Shown here: piece after piece, positions 1 to 9,100 of the stretch
Numbering within the stretch: the first letter of the stretch is position 1
Layout: each line of letters begins with the position of its first letter
NCBI GenBank assembly: GCA_965248265.1
Contig: CBDFJF010000001.1
Location: 1,536,001 to 1,600,000, forward strand
From: Candidatus Latescibacterota bacterium
GTDB taxonomy: Bacteria > Latescibacterota > UBA2968 > UBA8231
DNA length: 64,000 bases
Direction: 5' to 3'
Position numbers and translations under genes: made by a program
The notes under the pieces: model-generated
What the model was told of the DNA's origin: nothing
The model's input: only the letters and a program-made list of their open reading frames with translations
Database searches by the model: none

Positions 1-323
1 TCATCATCGAATACGGCAGGCGGGGTGCAGATGTCGACGCTGATCATAGAGTAGTGCTCGCGGCGCCACATTGCAGTCCACCACCGAGACCTTGGCATGA
101 GCTGTATCACAGGTACTCCTTCGTCACCAGCTCCCTGGCCTACCTCGCACTCCCCGATTGTAGTGCCCTTTTGGCCACGATAGAGTGTGCCCTTCGGGCT
201 GAAGAGCCAGACGCCAAACTCGTCTTCCGTCACCTGGTAGGCTGCCCACCGAGCGATGCCGTCCGGACGCTTAATCTTCCGGATGACCGTGTCCTTAGGG
301 ACCGTCTTCACCACGTCACTCAT
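1..323 (-). CDS. DUF402-like protein, runs off the left edge (probable cassette gene)
   Basis: Hand translation from ATG at 323: MSDVVKTVPKDTVIRKIKRPDG...EDEFGVWLFSPKG...RWWTAMW...ISVDICTPP; the WW...VDIxTPP pattern resembles DUF402. Not in the ORF track (no stop in window). Confidence 0.55.
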   Translation of the reverse strand, partial: MSDVVKTVPKDTVIRKIKRPDGIARWAAYQVTEDEFGVWLFSPKGTLYRGQKGTTIGECEVGQGAGDEGVPVIQLMPRSRWWTAMWRREHYSMISVDICTPPAVFDD

Positions 324-346
324 CGCATCGCTCTTCTCGCCTCTCC

Positions 347-403
347 GCCATAACGCCAGCATTACCTGCACGCCTTGCGCATCTGGTGATGTTTTGTTGG
401 CGC
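347..403 (-). mobile_element. attC-like integron recombination site 1
   Basis: Minus strand GCGCCAAC-AAAACATCACCAGATGCGCAAGGCGTGCAGGTAATGCTGGC-GTTATGG: R''(AAC)...R'(GTT) ends with an internal imperfect palindrome; alignable to the site at 1548-1598; lies between two co-oriented genes. Confidence 0.6.
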
Positions 404-439
404 GTTTTGCAGTACTACTACATGTCGATGTAGCTCCGA

Positions 440-1510
440 CTACGGAGAGATATTGCCCGGTCGGAAACCAGCGTCGAGAAGATCAGCTTCGGGAATTGCT
501 GCCCCGGCTAGCAAGGCCTTTACTTCAACCGGACTTGCCCAGCTGAAGCGATCATCTCTCGCATGATGGTTCGTGACATTCCTCAGGTGTCTGCCGTCGG
601 CCGTGACGACGTAGATTTCGCGATTGCCGTCCCGTTCCGAACTGAACGCGATCTCGGTTCCATCCCAAGACCAGCAGAACGCATCGACACCACTTGAATC
701 GCGACTGACGTTGACGAGACCCACGCCGTCACGGTTGACAACATAGACGTCGGGAACGCCTCCTTGGACAGAACCCAGAAAAGCGAGACGTGAAACGCCC
801 TGCCCCGAGATCGCGCCGTGGCCGAAGGGCCAAGCCCAGACCGGTCGGTGACCTGTTAGCCCGGGGGCCAACCGGACTACATCGTCGCCGTTTCGATCCA
901 TAGCGAACACCTCCACGGGACCGTGCCGATCCGAGAGGAAAGCGATGCTCTCTGAATCCGGAGACCACACTGCGTGGAAACTATTGGATGCGTCACTAAC
1001 CATCGTTCGCTTGTCGGTTTCCCATTCCCGGACATAGATCTGGAAGCCCTCGCCTTCATCTTGATGGAAAGCTTCCAGCGCAGGTTGAGTATGCGATAGG
1101 CTTGGGGTAGTATCCGTTGCAGGTTGGTTCCGTCGATGCATCTCGGATATCATCTGTACCTGAAAGCCCCCAAGAGTGTACCTCGGTCCTTCGGAGTTGT
1201 TGGCCTGTGAAGGGGGGAAAAATACTCGGATGTCTGCACGCCCTCGGGATGCCCACCTCGGGCCAACCAGCGATCCTGTCCTCTCGTGGTTCGTCACCCT
1301 GCGGACATTGCTCCCTGCCCGGTCGGCAAGATAGACATCCAGCGGCTGGCCATCTCGCTCAGATGAGAACACGACCATGCCTGCTCCGTCTTGATCGGAA
1401 TCTGCATCAGCGAACTCCGGAGATAGCATCAAGAGGACAACCACTTTACCCCACGAAGCGAACACGCCCTGCTGGGCGCGACGTGCCCTATGGCTTGCCG
1501 GTATCACCAT
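440..1510 (-). CDS. TolB-like/PD40 beta-propeller protein
   Basis: Repeated WSPDxxxIAFxSxRDGxxEIYVMxxDG motifs; hydrophobic N-terminus. Confidence 0.8.
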   Translation of the reverse strand: MVIPASHRARRAQQGVFASWGKVVVLLMLSPEFADADSDQDGAGMVVFSSERDGQPLDVYLADRAGSNVRRVTNHERTGSLVGPRWASRGRADIRVFFPPSQANNSEGPRYTLGGFQVQMISEMHRRNQPATDTTPSLSHTQPALEAFHQDEGEGFQIYVREWETDKRTMVSDASNSFHAVWSPDSESIAFLSDRHGPVEVFAMDRNGDDVVRLAPGLTGHRPVWAWPFGHGAISGQGVSRLAFLGSVQGGVPDVYVVNRDGVGLVNVSRDSSGVDAFCWSWDGTEIAFSSERDGNREIYVVTADGRHLRNVTNHHARDDRFSWASPVEVKALLAGAAIPEADLLDAGFRPGNISP

Positions 1511-1547
1511 TGTCCGATCTCCGTCAGTGGGTCTAACCCATTTTCGG

Positions 1548-1598
1548 TGCTAACGCGAGCATCACCTGCGCGCGAAGCCGTCTGGTGAATTGTTAGCA
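1548..1598 (-). mobile_element. attC-like integron recombination site 2 (short, possibly eroded)
   Basis: TGCTAAC-GCGAGCATCACCTGCGCGCGAAGCCGTCTGGTGAATT-GTTAGCA: perfect 7-bp inverted core ends; homologous to 347-403. Confidence 0.65.
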
Positions 1599-1636
1599 AA
1601 CTCAATTTGCCACGGTCCCATTGGCAGCCTGCGATC

Positions 1637-1768
1637 TCACGCTGCCTTAGGCTTCAGATGGCTGCACACCAGATGTGCAACCTCCAGGGGAGTCTTGCCG
1701 TTGCGGTTCTTTCTACGAGTATTGGCACCCAGAACAATGAGCACCTCGACGGCTTCGATATGACCATA
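1637..1768 (-). pseudogene. ankyrin-repeat gene 3' remnant
   Basis: Frame reads YGHIEAVEVLIVLGANTRRKNRNGKTPLEVA...stop, matching the ankyrin consensus; no plausible start codon; followed by the attC-like site. Confidence 0.6.
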
Positions 1769-1787
1769 AACCCCTGGCCAAAGACCC

Positions 1788-2117
1788 TTAGCTACCTGAT
1801 TCGAGCATCTTCTGCAGGGCTTCGAGCCCGGTCATCCCTGGTGTGATACCCAGCGTGCTCGCCGCTGTGCTGCAGGCGACGATGCGTGCCTCGTAGAGGT
1901 CTTCTGGTTCGCGCAGAGGGTTGTCCGGTGTGCCCTTGGCAATCGCAAAGGCCATGTCGAATTCATTGGCACAGCCGATGTCGTAGATCCCGCAACCGAC
2001 CACTCCACGTGCTGTGTGGATGGCACAGTACTGGCCCCCATCCCATTCGTAAGCAGCGCCAATGGCAGTGCCGAACGGAGTCTCTAAATCGCGGTGTTCA
2101 ACTTTCGGTGATTGCAT
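1788..2117 (-). CDS. YunC/DUF1805 family protein
   Basis: GVVGCGIYD...EDLYEARIV...LGITPGMTGLEAL motif. Confidence 0.8.
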   Translation of the reverse strand: MQSPKVEHRDLETPFGTAIGAAYEWDGGQYCAIHTARGVVGCGIYDIGCANEFDMAFAIAKGTPDNPLREPEDLYEARIVACSTAASTLGITPGMTGLEALQKMLESGS

Positions 2118-2213
2118 AACACTCTTGGCTACTGATCCCGGTTTCCCAGCTGCGTTGGTGCGCCCAGGTGCTGAACCATGCCAGTTCCGTGTTGTGAGCT
2201 GTGCAGCCGTTTC

Positions 2214-2987
2214 TCACTTCAATGGAATCGTCTCCAGCAGGCTCGTCCACGCCTTGCCCAGGTCCATGACGTCTCCACCACACATGACCAGATCGCAACC
2301 CGCGTCCATGGCGGCACTCAACAGTGGGCCAGGCAGGGTGAAGATGCCACTGAGCTTGCCCGCCGCCGTGGCTTTCTCAATGCAGGAGACGACATTGTCA
2401 CGCAGCTCCGGGTCGGCCATCTGACCGGCACGCCCCATGCTCACGGCCAGATCACCCGGTCCCATGAAAATCCCTGCCAGACCCTCCACCGCGAGTATCT
2501 CGTCGATGTTGGCGACGGCCTCGGTGGTTTCGATTTGAGCGAACAAGTGGGTGCGATTGTTGGCACGCGTAAGCGCGTCTTGCAGGTTCAGCAAACCGAA
2601 TCCCATGCCGCGGGTGCGGGTGTTGAAGCCGCGGGCGCCAAGGGGGGGATACTTGCCGTTGTCGACGATCATCTTCGCCTGCGCAGCATCATTGACCATC
2701 GGCACGAGCAATATGCGGGCTCCCGATTCCAGCGCCCTCAACACATGATGGCGTTCGCCATCAGGCAGGCGCACGAGGGGAAAGATCCCACCCGCTTCTG
2801 CTGCCAGACACAGCGTCTCAATGCGCTCGAAGTCGGATGGACCATGCTCGACCTCGATCCAGATCGCTTCGAAACCGATCTGAGCCGCCAGACTCACCAA
2901 CAACGGTGAGGCGCTGTTGACGGTTACGCCGCGAATTCGCCGCGACTGCCCACTGGCATCTGTGAAAACATCATCTCTGGTATCGAT
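2214..2987 (-). CDS. HpcH/HpaI aldolase family protein (start uncertain: TTG 2903 or ATC 2987)
   Basis: WIEVEHG, KYPPLGARG, QIET and GPGDL motifs. Confidence 0.88.
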   Translation of the reverse strand: MDTRDDVFTDASGQSRRIRGVTVNSASPLLVSLAAQIGFEAIWIEVEHGPSDFERIETLCLAAEAGGIFPLVRLPDGERHHVLRALESGARILLVPMVNDAAQAKMIVDNGKYPPLGARGFNTRTRGMGFGLLNLQDALTRANNRTHLFAQIETTEAVANIDEILAVEGLAGIFMGPGDLAVSMGRAGQMADPELRDNVVSCIEKATAAGKLSGIFTLPGPLLSAAMDAGCDLVMCGGDVMDLGKAWTSLLETIPLK

Positions 2988-2991
2988 GGTG

Positions 2992-4716
2992 CTACCCTCC
3001 CTTTGTTTTACCGTCCTTCGTTTTACCGTACATCTTGGCCGCCTGCTCTGCTGAGATCAGTTCATCCTCCACGTCGCGGTCGACTTCGGCCTGGTCCCGC
3101 TCTGCAGGATCGCCCCATCCACCACCACCTGGAGTCTGCGTGTATAACTGCTCCCCCTGCTTCAGTACGTCGTGCACCTTGGTCGGCAGCTCACGCTTGC
3201 TGCCGTCCGGCGAGATGACCCAGGTGTGAGCGCCGACTGCGCTGGTCCCGTTCTCCAGGCCCCACGGCGTAAACTTGCGTCGATCCGCACCGATCGTGAT
3301 CGTCGTCCGTTCGCCGAGGCATTTGAGCTCTCGAACTAGACCGCATCCCCCACGCTGACGACCGTGACCGCAGGTATCGGGAACCAGCCCGTACTGCACC
3401 ACCTGCAACGGATAGGTACGTTCGATGATCTCGATGGGCGCGTTGCGAGTATTGGTCAAATGGGTGTGCAGCCCATCCGACCCGTCAAGATCGTGCATGG
3501 CTCCCTGACCGCCCGCGTAGGTCTCCACGTAGTTGTAGTACTCCCCGTTGCGCGGATCCATGCCACCGATGTTGAGTAGGTTCATCTCGCCGCTGCAGGC
3601 GGCACAGACACGATCCGGCGCAATCTGGTAGAAAGCCGCCAGCAGCACATCGATGACGCGCTGATCCGTGAGGATGTTGGCGTTGCCGATCGCGGCCGGA
3701 TAGGTCGCCTGCAGAATCGTACCTTCTGGCGAGAACACGTCGATGGGGCGATAGGCGCCGGCGTTCGTGGGCAGATCCGGATCGAGGACTGCCTTGGCGG
3801 CGAAATAGACACAGGCCCTGGCCGCCGAGAGCCGTGCGTTCAATGGTCCAAGCACCTGTTTGCTGGTGCCGGTGAAGTCGGCCCGCAGCTCGTCACCCTT
3901 GACGGTCAGTGTCGCCGCGATCCGCACCGGTTCGTCGACGACACCGTCGTCATCCAGAAAATCCTCGCCGCTGTAGCTGCCGTCCGGCAGCGTTGAGATG
4001 GCGGCCCGCATGCGGCGTTCGGCGTAGTCGAGGATCGCATCCATGTAAATGAAAACCTCGGCAGGATCCTCGCGCTGCAGCAGTTCGGAGACGCGGAACT
4101 GACCGATCTGGGCCGCCGCGAATTGGGCCATCAAATCACCGCGGACTTCGTGCCTCGTACGCACGTTTTGGTTGATAAATCTGTACAGCACTTCGTCGAG
4201 CTCGCCGCCAGTGAACAAACGCGTCGGCGGAATCTGCAGCCCTTCCTGATAAATCTCCGTCACCCCGAACGGCATACTGCCGGGGGCGAAGCCCCCCATG
4301 TCGACGTGGTGGGCGGTCGAGGCACTCAAGGCGACCGGTTTGCCTTCGTGAAACACCGCTGACACCAGCGACAGATCGGGTAGATGACCAGGCCCCTCGG
4401 GGTACGGCAGATTTGTCGCGTACACATCGCCCGGACGCATCTCTTCCACAGGAAACTCACGCAGAATGGAAGAAATCACCGCCGGCATGATCCCCAGATG
4501 CAGCGGCGTGCCGACCTCCGCCTGGGCCAGAACCTCACCAGTCGGCAACGCGATCGCGGCCGAGCAATCCCGGCGGTCCTTTATGTTTGTCGAGTAGCTC
4601 GTGCGCACCAGGGCCGCACACATCTCCTCGGCGATGCCCTTCCAGCGGTTGCGCATGATCTCGAGACTGATGGGGTCAATACTGATAGGGTCGATGCGGA
4701 TAGAATCCATGTTCAC
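2992..4716 (-). CDS. hydantoinase B/5-oxoprolinase family protein
   Basis: RTSYSTNIKDRRDCS, HLPD, HHVDMGG, EIYQEG and TPGGGGWG motifs; GTG overlaps the stop of subunit A. Confidence 0.92.
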   Translation of the reverse strand: MNMDSIRIDPISIDPISLEIMRNRWKGIAEEMCAALVRTSYSTNIKDRRDCSAAIALPTGEVLAQAEVGTPLHLGIMPAVISSILREFPVEEMRPGDVYATNLPYPEGPGHLPDLSLVSAVFHEGKPVALSASTAHHVDMGGFAPGSMPFGVTEIYQEGLQIPPTRLFTGGELDEVLYRFINQNVRTRHEVRGDLMAQFAAAQIGQFRVSELLQREDPAEVFIYMDAILDYAERRMRAAISTLPDGSYSGEDFLDDDGVVDEPVRIAATLTVKGDELRADFTGTSKQVLGPLNARLSAARACVYFAAKAVLDPDLPTNAGAYRPIDVFSPEGTILQATYPAAIGNANILTDQRVIDVLLAAFYQIAPDRVCAACSGEMNLLNIGGMDPRNGEYYNYVETYAGGQGAMHDLDGSDGLHTHLTNTRNAPIEIIERTYPLQVVQYGLVPDTCGHGRQRGGCGLVRELKCLGERTTITIGADRRKFTPWGLENGTSAVGAHTWVISPDGSKRELPTKVHDVLKQGEQLYTQTPGGGGWGDPAERDQAEVDRDVEDELISAEQAAKMYGKTKDGKTKGG

Positions 4717-6761
4717 GAGATGGCTCCAAGAAGTAGTTGCCCATGCTGGTCGACGGTGCCCGTTTGTCCCGGCCACACTACCGTGGTTGAGTCCAGCTGT
4801 TCGACGATGGCGGGTCCTTCGATTCTGCTGCCGGCACCCAGATCGGCGCGGCGAAACACCGGTGTCTCCATGTGCTGACCGTCATAGACGACGTCGCGAC
4901 GCGCGGCGGGCTCTGCCGTGGCTCCGGACGCAGCCACCTCAGGCAGGCTGGCCACACCGAGATCGACTTCCACCGAGACCCAAATGCTGACCAGTTCAAC
5001 CGGTTGATCCTCGCGTGAGAACCCGTACATGCGTTCATGGGCAGCGTGAAAAGCCGCGCCGACGGCGACCAGATCCGGCTTGCCGGCCGGCACCTCGACC
5101 GCGATATCGAATCCCTGTCCCAGGTAACGCATACCCAGCTGAATGGTTGTCCGCAATCCGTAGTCGGCGGCAGCGAAGGCCAGTCTCATCCGGGCGGCAT
5201 TCTCGAGCTCGTCAATTACGCTGAGAATCTGGTCCGGAGAGCTCTCGGACAACAGCTCGACCTGCGTGCGCACGTTGTCCTCGCGCAGCTGCGACATCAG
5301 CAACCCGACCGCGGAGGTGACACCCGGGGCCAGCGGCACCAGGACCTGGTTGACATTCATCTCGCGCGCGATTTCGGCCCCGTGCAGGGGGCCAGCCCCG
5401 CCGAAGGGGCACAGGGTGAAGGTGCGGGGATCGTAACCCCGTTCTACCGTCAGTTTACGAATTGCCGCCGTCATCGTCGCCACGACCACACGGATCATGC
5501 CCTCGGCGGCCGCTTCCACTGACAGTCCCAGGGGACTGGCCAGCTTGTCTGTGATGACTCTCTTCGAAACCTCGACATCAACTTCCATGCCGCCCCCCAG
5601 CAGGGTGCCGTGGGAGAGACGCCCCAACACCAGATTGGCATCCGTCACCGTCGGTTGATCGCCGCCGCGCCCATAGCAGGCAGGTCCCGGATCAGCACCG
5701 GCCGAAGCAGGCCCTACCCGCAACGCCCCACCCGGGTCCACCCAACCAATGCTACCGCCTCCGGCCCCCACGGTATGGATGTCCAACATCGGCACCTTGA
5801 TGGCCAGCCCGGCCATCTCCGTCGTGCGCGCGAATTCAATCTGCCCCTCATGGATGACGGCGACGTCAAAGCTCGTCCCCCCCATATCAGCGGTAATGAG
5901 GTTCGCCCCTGCCGCCATCGCGGCGCCTGCTACAACCCCTCCGGCCGGTCCTGATAAGATTGTATGGACGCTGTGTCTGGCCGCCGCCTGCGCCGACATG
6001 ACACCCCCGTTCGATTTCATCACGAACAGTGGCGCATCCAGTCCAGCCTCAGACAAACTCCCCTCCACGTGACCCAGGTACTGCGCCATGACCGGTTGCA
6101 CGAAGGCGTTCATGGCGCAGGTGCTGAAGCGCTCGTACTCCCCTTCCTCCTGCACCAGCTCGTGTGACATGCACACGGACGCCTCGGGCAGCGCCTTTAC
6201 CAGCGCTTCGCCGACCGCCTGCTCGTGTGCCGGCGCGGTGTGGCTGTGCAGTAGACCCACTGCCACTGCATCGACGTCGTGCTGCTTGAGTTCGGTGATA
6301 ATCTGCTGCAGATGCTTCTGATCGAGTGGAATCTCCACCGAGCCGTCATGGAGGATGCGCTCCTTAAGCTCGAAACGCCGCGAACGCGGAACCAGTGGTT
6401 CGGCACGTCGGCTGCGCAGGTCGTACATGTGCGGCCGGTCCTGCCGCTGGATGTGCAGGACGTCACGAAAACCCTGGGTCGTGATGAACGCGGCCTTGGC
6501 GCCGCGCCGCTGCAGAACCGCATTCGTTGCCACCGTCGTACCGTGAACGAGCAGTTCGATCTGGGCCACACCGTCGTCGCCGCTGGCTTGGGCCAGCTCA
6601 ACGATCTCGACGATCCCCTGCACCAGAGAACGGCCCGGATCATCGGGTGTGCTGGCAACCTTGTGGAAGATCATGCGGCCGCTGGTGGACTCCAGCAGGA
6701 CGATGTCGGTGAAGGTGCCCCCGGTGTCGATGGCGATGCGAATGGTCTTCGTCCCCGTCAT
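4713..6761 (-). CDS. hydantoinase A/5-oxoprolinase family protein
   Basis: DTGGTFTD, HGTTVATN, SGPAGG, DMGGTSFD and GAGGGSI motifs. Confidence 0.93.
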   Translation of the reverse strand: MTGTKTIRIAIDTGGTFTDIVLLESTSGRMIFHKVASTPDDPGRSLVQGIVEIVELAQASGDDGVAQIELLVHGTTVATNAVLQRRGAKAAFITTQGFRDVLHIQRQDRPHMYDLRSRRAEPLVPRSRRFELKERILHDGSVEIPLDQKHLQQIITELKQHDVDAVAVGLLHSHTAPAHEQAVGEALVKALPEASVCMSHELVQEEGEYERFSTCAMNAFVQPVMAQYLGHVEGSLSEAGLDAPLFVMKSNGGVMSAQAAARHSVHTILSGPAGGVVAGAAMAAGANLITADMGGTSFDVAVIHEGQIEFARTTEMAGLAIKVPMLDIHTVGAGGGSIGWVDPGGALRVGPASAGADPGPACYGRGGDQPTVTDANLVLGRLSHGTLLGGGMEVDVEVSKRVITDKLASPLGLSVEAAAEGMIRVVVATMTAAIRKLTVERGYDPRTFTLCPFGGAGPLHGAEIAREMNVNQVLVPLAPGVTSAVGLLMSQLREDNVRTQVELLSESSPDQILSVIDELENAARMRLAFAAADYGLRTTIQLGMRYLGQGFDIAVEVPAGKPDLVAVGAAFHAAHERMYGFSREDQPVELVSIWVSVEVDLGVASLPEVAASGATAEPAARRDVVYDGQHMETPVFRRADLGAGSRIEGPAIVEQLDSTTVVWPGQTGTVDQHGQLLLGAIS

Positions 6762-6764
6762 TTC

Positions 6765-7946
6765 CTACGCCCTGTTGGTACCATAAGCCGCGCCAATGAG
6801 TTTCCCCTCGGCAAACCGCCTGAGATTGAACCGCCCCATGTCGATGGATGACGCCCTGCCCTCCATGATCTCCTCTGCCATGAGTTCCCCGATCGCCGGA
6901 CCGATCTTGAAGCCGTGGCCACTGAAACCCGCGCACATCTGAAATCCTTCGATGCCATCAATGCGACCGAGAACCGGATGCCAGTCGGGAGTGACATCAT
7001 AGAGTCCGGTGTAGGAATTGATCGCCAGGATCGAACCGAACGACGGCCATCGTGCTTGTAGCCGCGTCGTCGTCTCCTCGATAAAGTCATTGTCGACTTC
7101 CTGATTGTACCCGTCCGGCTCCACGATCTGATAGTCCTTCGGGTAACCGCGGCCCACAAGCATTCGTGATGTCCCGTCGGGACGGTAGTAGATAGCCTTG
7201 GCCATGTCCGAGAAGCACAACCTCGGTGGCCCGCCGGTGTGGGCGACATCGTAAATGATCTCCTCTTCGCGGGTGACTTCGAGCGGCAGCTCCACTCCTG
7301 CCCAGGCCGCTACGCGATCAGCCCATGGCCCCGCGGCGTTGACGACAATGCCGGCCGAGACATCCCCCGCCTCCGTCTTCACGCCTTCGACCGTGTTGCC
7401 ACCGTGAGACAGGATCAGTCCGCTCGCCGAAGTCAGTTGTGTCAGCCGTCCACCGAGTTGGATGAAGCGCTGCACATAGGCGTGGGTGGTGGCGCGGGGA
7501 TCGGCATACCCGGAACCCGGCTCGTAGGCGCACCGGTGCACGTCCGACAAATCGACCCGTGGCTCGATCTCGTTGAGCTCGTTTGTGGACACTTCGCGCA
7601 CCTCCACACCAAGGCGCTGTCCTCGTTCGAGGTTTTCGCTGAAGCCATCGGATACGTAGTCGGGAACCAGGAATGCCCAGCCGGTATTGACGAAGCCGCA
7701 CTCCCCGCCGATCTCGTCATCGAAGCGTGTGAAGACATCGACACTGCGCCGCACCATGTGCACCAGCTCGTCGCTGGAATAGTGCTGACGGACAATGGCG
7801 GCCGAGCGCCCAGTGCCCCCGGAGGCGATCAGCTGCTTCTCCAGCAGGATGACATCCTTCATCCCCCGCTTGACCAGATTGTACGCGGTGGCGGCTCCGT
7901 TGATGCCGGCGCCGATGACGACCGCGTCAGCTGTTTGCAGACCCAT
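6765..7946 (-). CDS. FAD-dependent oxidoreductase (DAO/sarcosine oxidase beta-like)
   Basis: GAGING Rossmann motif, GLYDVTPD, GFSGHGFK. Confidence 0.9.
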   Translation of the reverse strand: MGLQTADAVVIGAGINGAATAYNLVKRGMKDVILLEKQLIASGGTGRSAAIVRQHYSSDELVHMVRRSVDVFTRFDDEIGGECGFVNTGWAFLVPDYVSDGFSENLERGQRLGVEVREVSTNELNEIEPRVDLSDVHRCAYEPGSGYADPRATTHAYVQRFIQLGGRLTQLTSASGLILSHGGNTVEGVKTEAGDVSAGIVVNAAGPWADRVAAWAGVELPLEVTREEEIIYDVAHTGGPPRLCFSDMAKAIYYRPDGTSRMLVGRGYPKDYQIVEPDGYNQEVDNDFIEETTTRLQARWPSFGSILAINSYTGLYDVTPDWHPVLGRIDGIEGFQMCAGFSGHGFKIGPAIGELMAEEIMEGRASSIDMGRFNLRRFAEGKLIGAAYGTNRA

Positions 7947-8102
7947 TCGCTATCCCCAATCCTGGCCGTGCGCACGCGTCATTGCCATCGCATCAGCACC
8001 TCCGACCACGGTACTATGCTCCTGCTCACACCCATGACTATGTTATCACTGACCTTCACTATAGTTAAACATCTCACTTTGTACGCAGACCGGATAATAC
8101 CA

Positions 8103-8465
8103 ATGCAGAAAGCCATTGTTCTTCAGGAATCCGCGAATGAGAAAATCACTGACAGCTGGGGGAGCCTGACCTGGTTCGCCAGCGGCAAGCTGGGCAACTC
8201 AGACGGCATGACCATCGGTCATGCTTTGATCAAACCCGGCTGCGAGAACCCGTTGCACAGTCACCCGAATTGCGCCGAGGTCCTCGTCGTCGTGCAAGGT
8301 AGGATAGCACACATGATCGAAAACGGCAACGAGGTCGAGATGACCGTCGGCGACACCATAACCCTACCCCAAGGGCTGCCCCACATGGCACGCAACATCG
8401 GCGAAGAGGACGCCATCCTGTCCATCTCTTTTGACTCGGCTGACAGACAGACCAAGCTGGAGTAA
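8103..8465 (+). CDS. cupin domain protein
   Basis: HSHPNCAE...PQGLPH cupin motifs; real start is probably MQKAIV within the 408-aa shadow ORF. Confidence 0.85.
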   Translation: MQKAIVLQESANEKITDSWGSLTWFASGKLGNSDGMTIGHALIKPGCENPLHSHPNCAEVLVVVQGRIAHMIENGNEVEMTVGDTITLPQGLPHMARNIGEEDAILSISFDSADRQTKLE

Positions 8466-8719
8466 TCAAGTGTGGGTGCACGTGTAAGCACAGCGCTCCA
8501 CAGCGGCCCGGCCGCTCCCACCAGCTACAGCAGCCGTGACTACGGGTCTGGCTGTCGAAACGTTGGTGTCCTGGTGGTGCCTGCGGCGGTGAAAGGATCG
8601 CCAGCGCCAGCGGAGCACTCGCCTTGACACGACGCTTGGTGGCCGGCAATGTTCAATGAGGTTGTCGCTTCGGCCGACCTTCACGCGAGCTGAATCGCAG
8701 TAACAAGGAGTTTTGGTTA

Positions 8720-9100
8720 GTGCAGGCCCTGGGTACCAACCTCATGGTTGAGTTGCACGAGTGTAGCTCTGAGATTCTCGACGACATCATCAAGGTGGAA
8801 CAAGCCATGGTCGCGGCCGCCGAGGCAGCAGGAGCGACCGTCGTGGAAGCGCATTTCCACGAGTTCAAACCAATCGGCGTCAGCGGTTTCGTCGTGATCA
8901 CTGAATCCCACCTGGCCATCCATACCTGGCCTGAGCATCGGTACGCGGCCGTCGACATCTTCACCTGTGGACAGGAGGTTCAACCGGAGCGCGCCGCACA
9001 GGAGCTTATAGAGAAGTTTCAGTGCGAAAACCCGACGATGTTCGAGGTCAAACGAGGATTCGCTTCCCCATCATCCGATAGTGAGGTTTCATCGAAATGA
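8720..9100 (+). CDS. speD: S-adenosylmethionine decarboxylase proenzyme family
   Basis: ESHLAIHTWPE autocleavage motif, VDIFTCG; SD AAGGAG upstream. Confidence 0.9.
   Translation: MQALGTNLMVELHECSSEILDDIIKVEQAMVAAAEAAGATVVEAHFHEFKPIGVSGFVVITESHLAIHTWPEHRYAAVDIFTCGQEVQPERAAQELIEKFQCENPTMFEVKRGFASPSSDSEVSSK

Noticed and set aside
7239-8102. N-terminal 288 aa of the 408-aa ORF
   Set aside because: Antisense to the FAD oxidoreductase; only the cupin part from 8103 is credible.
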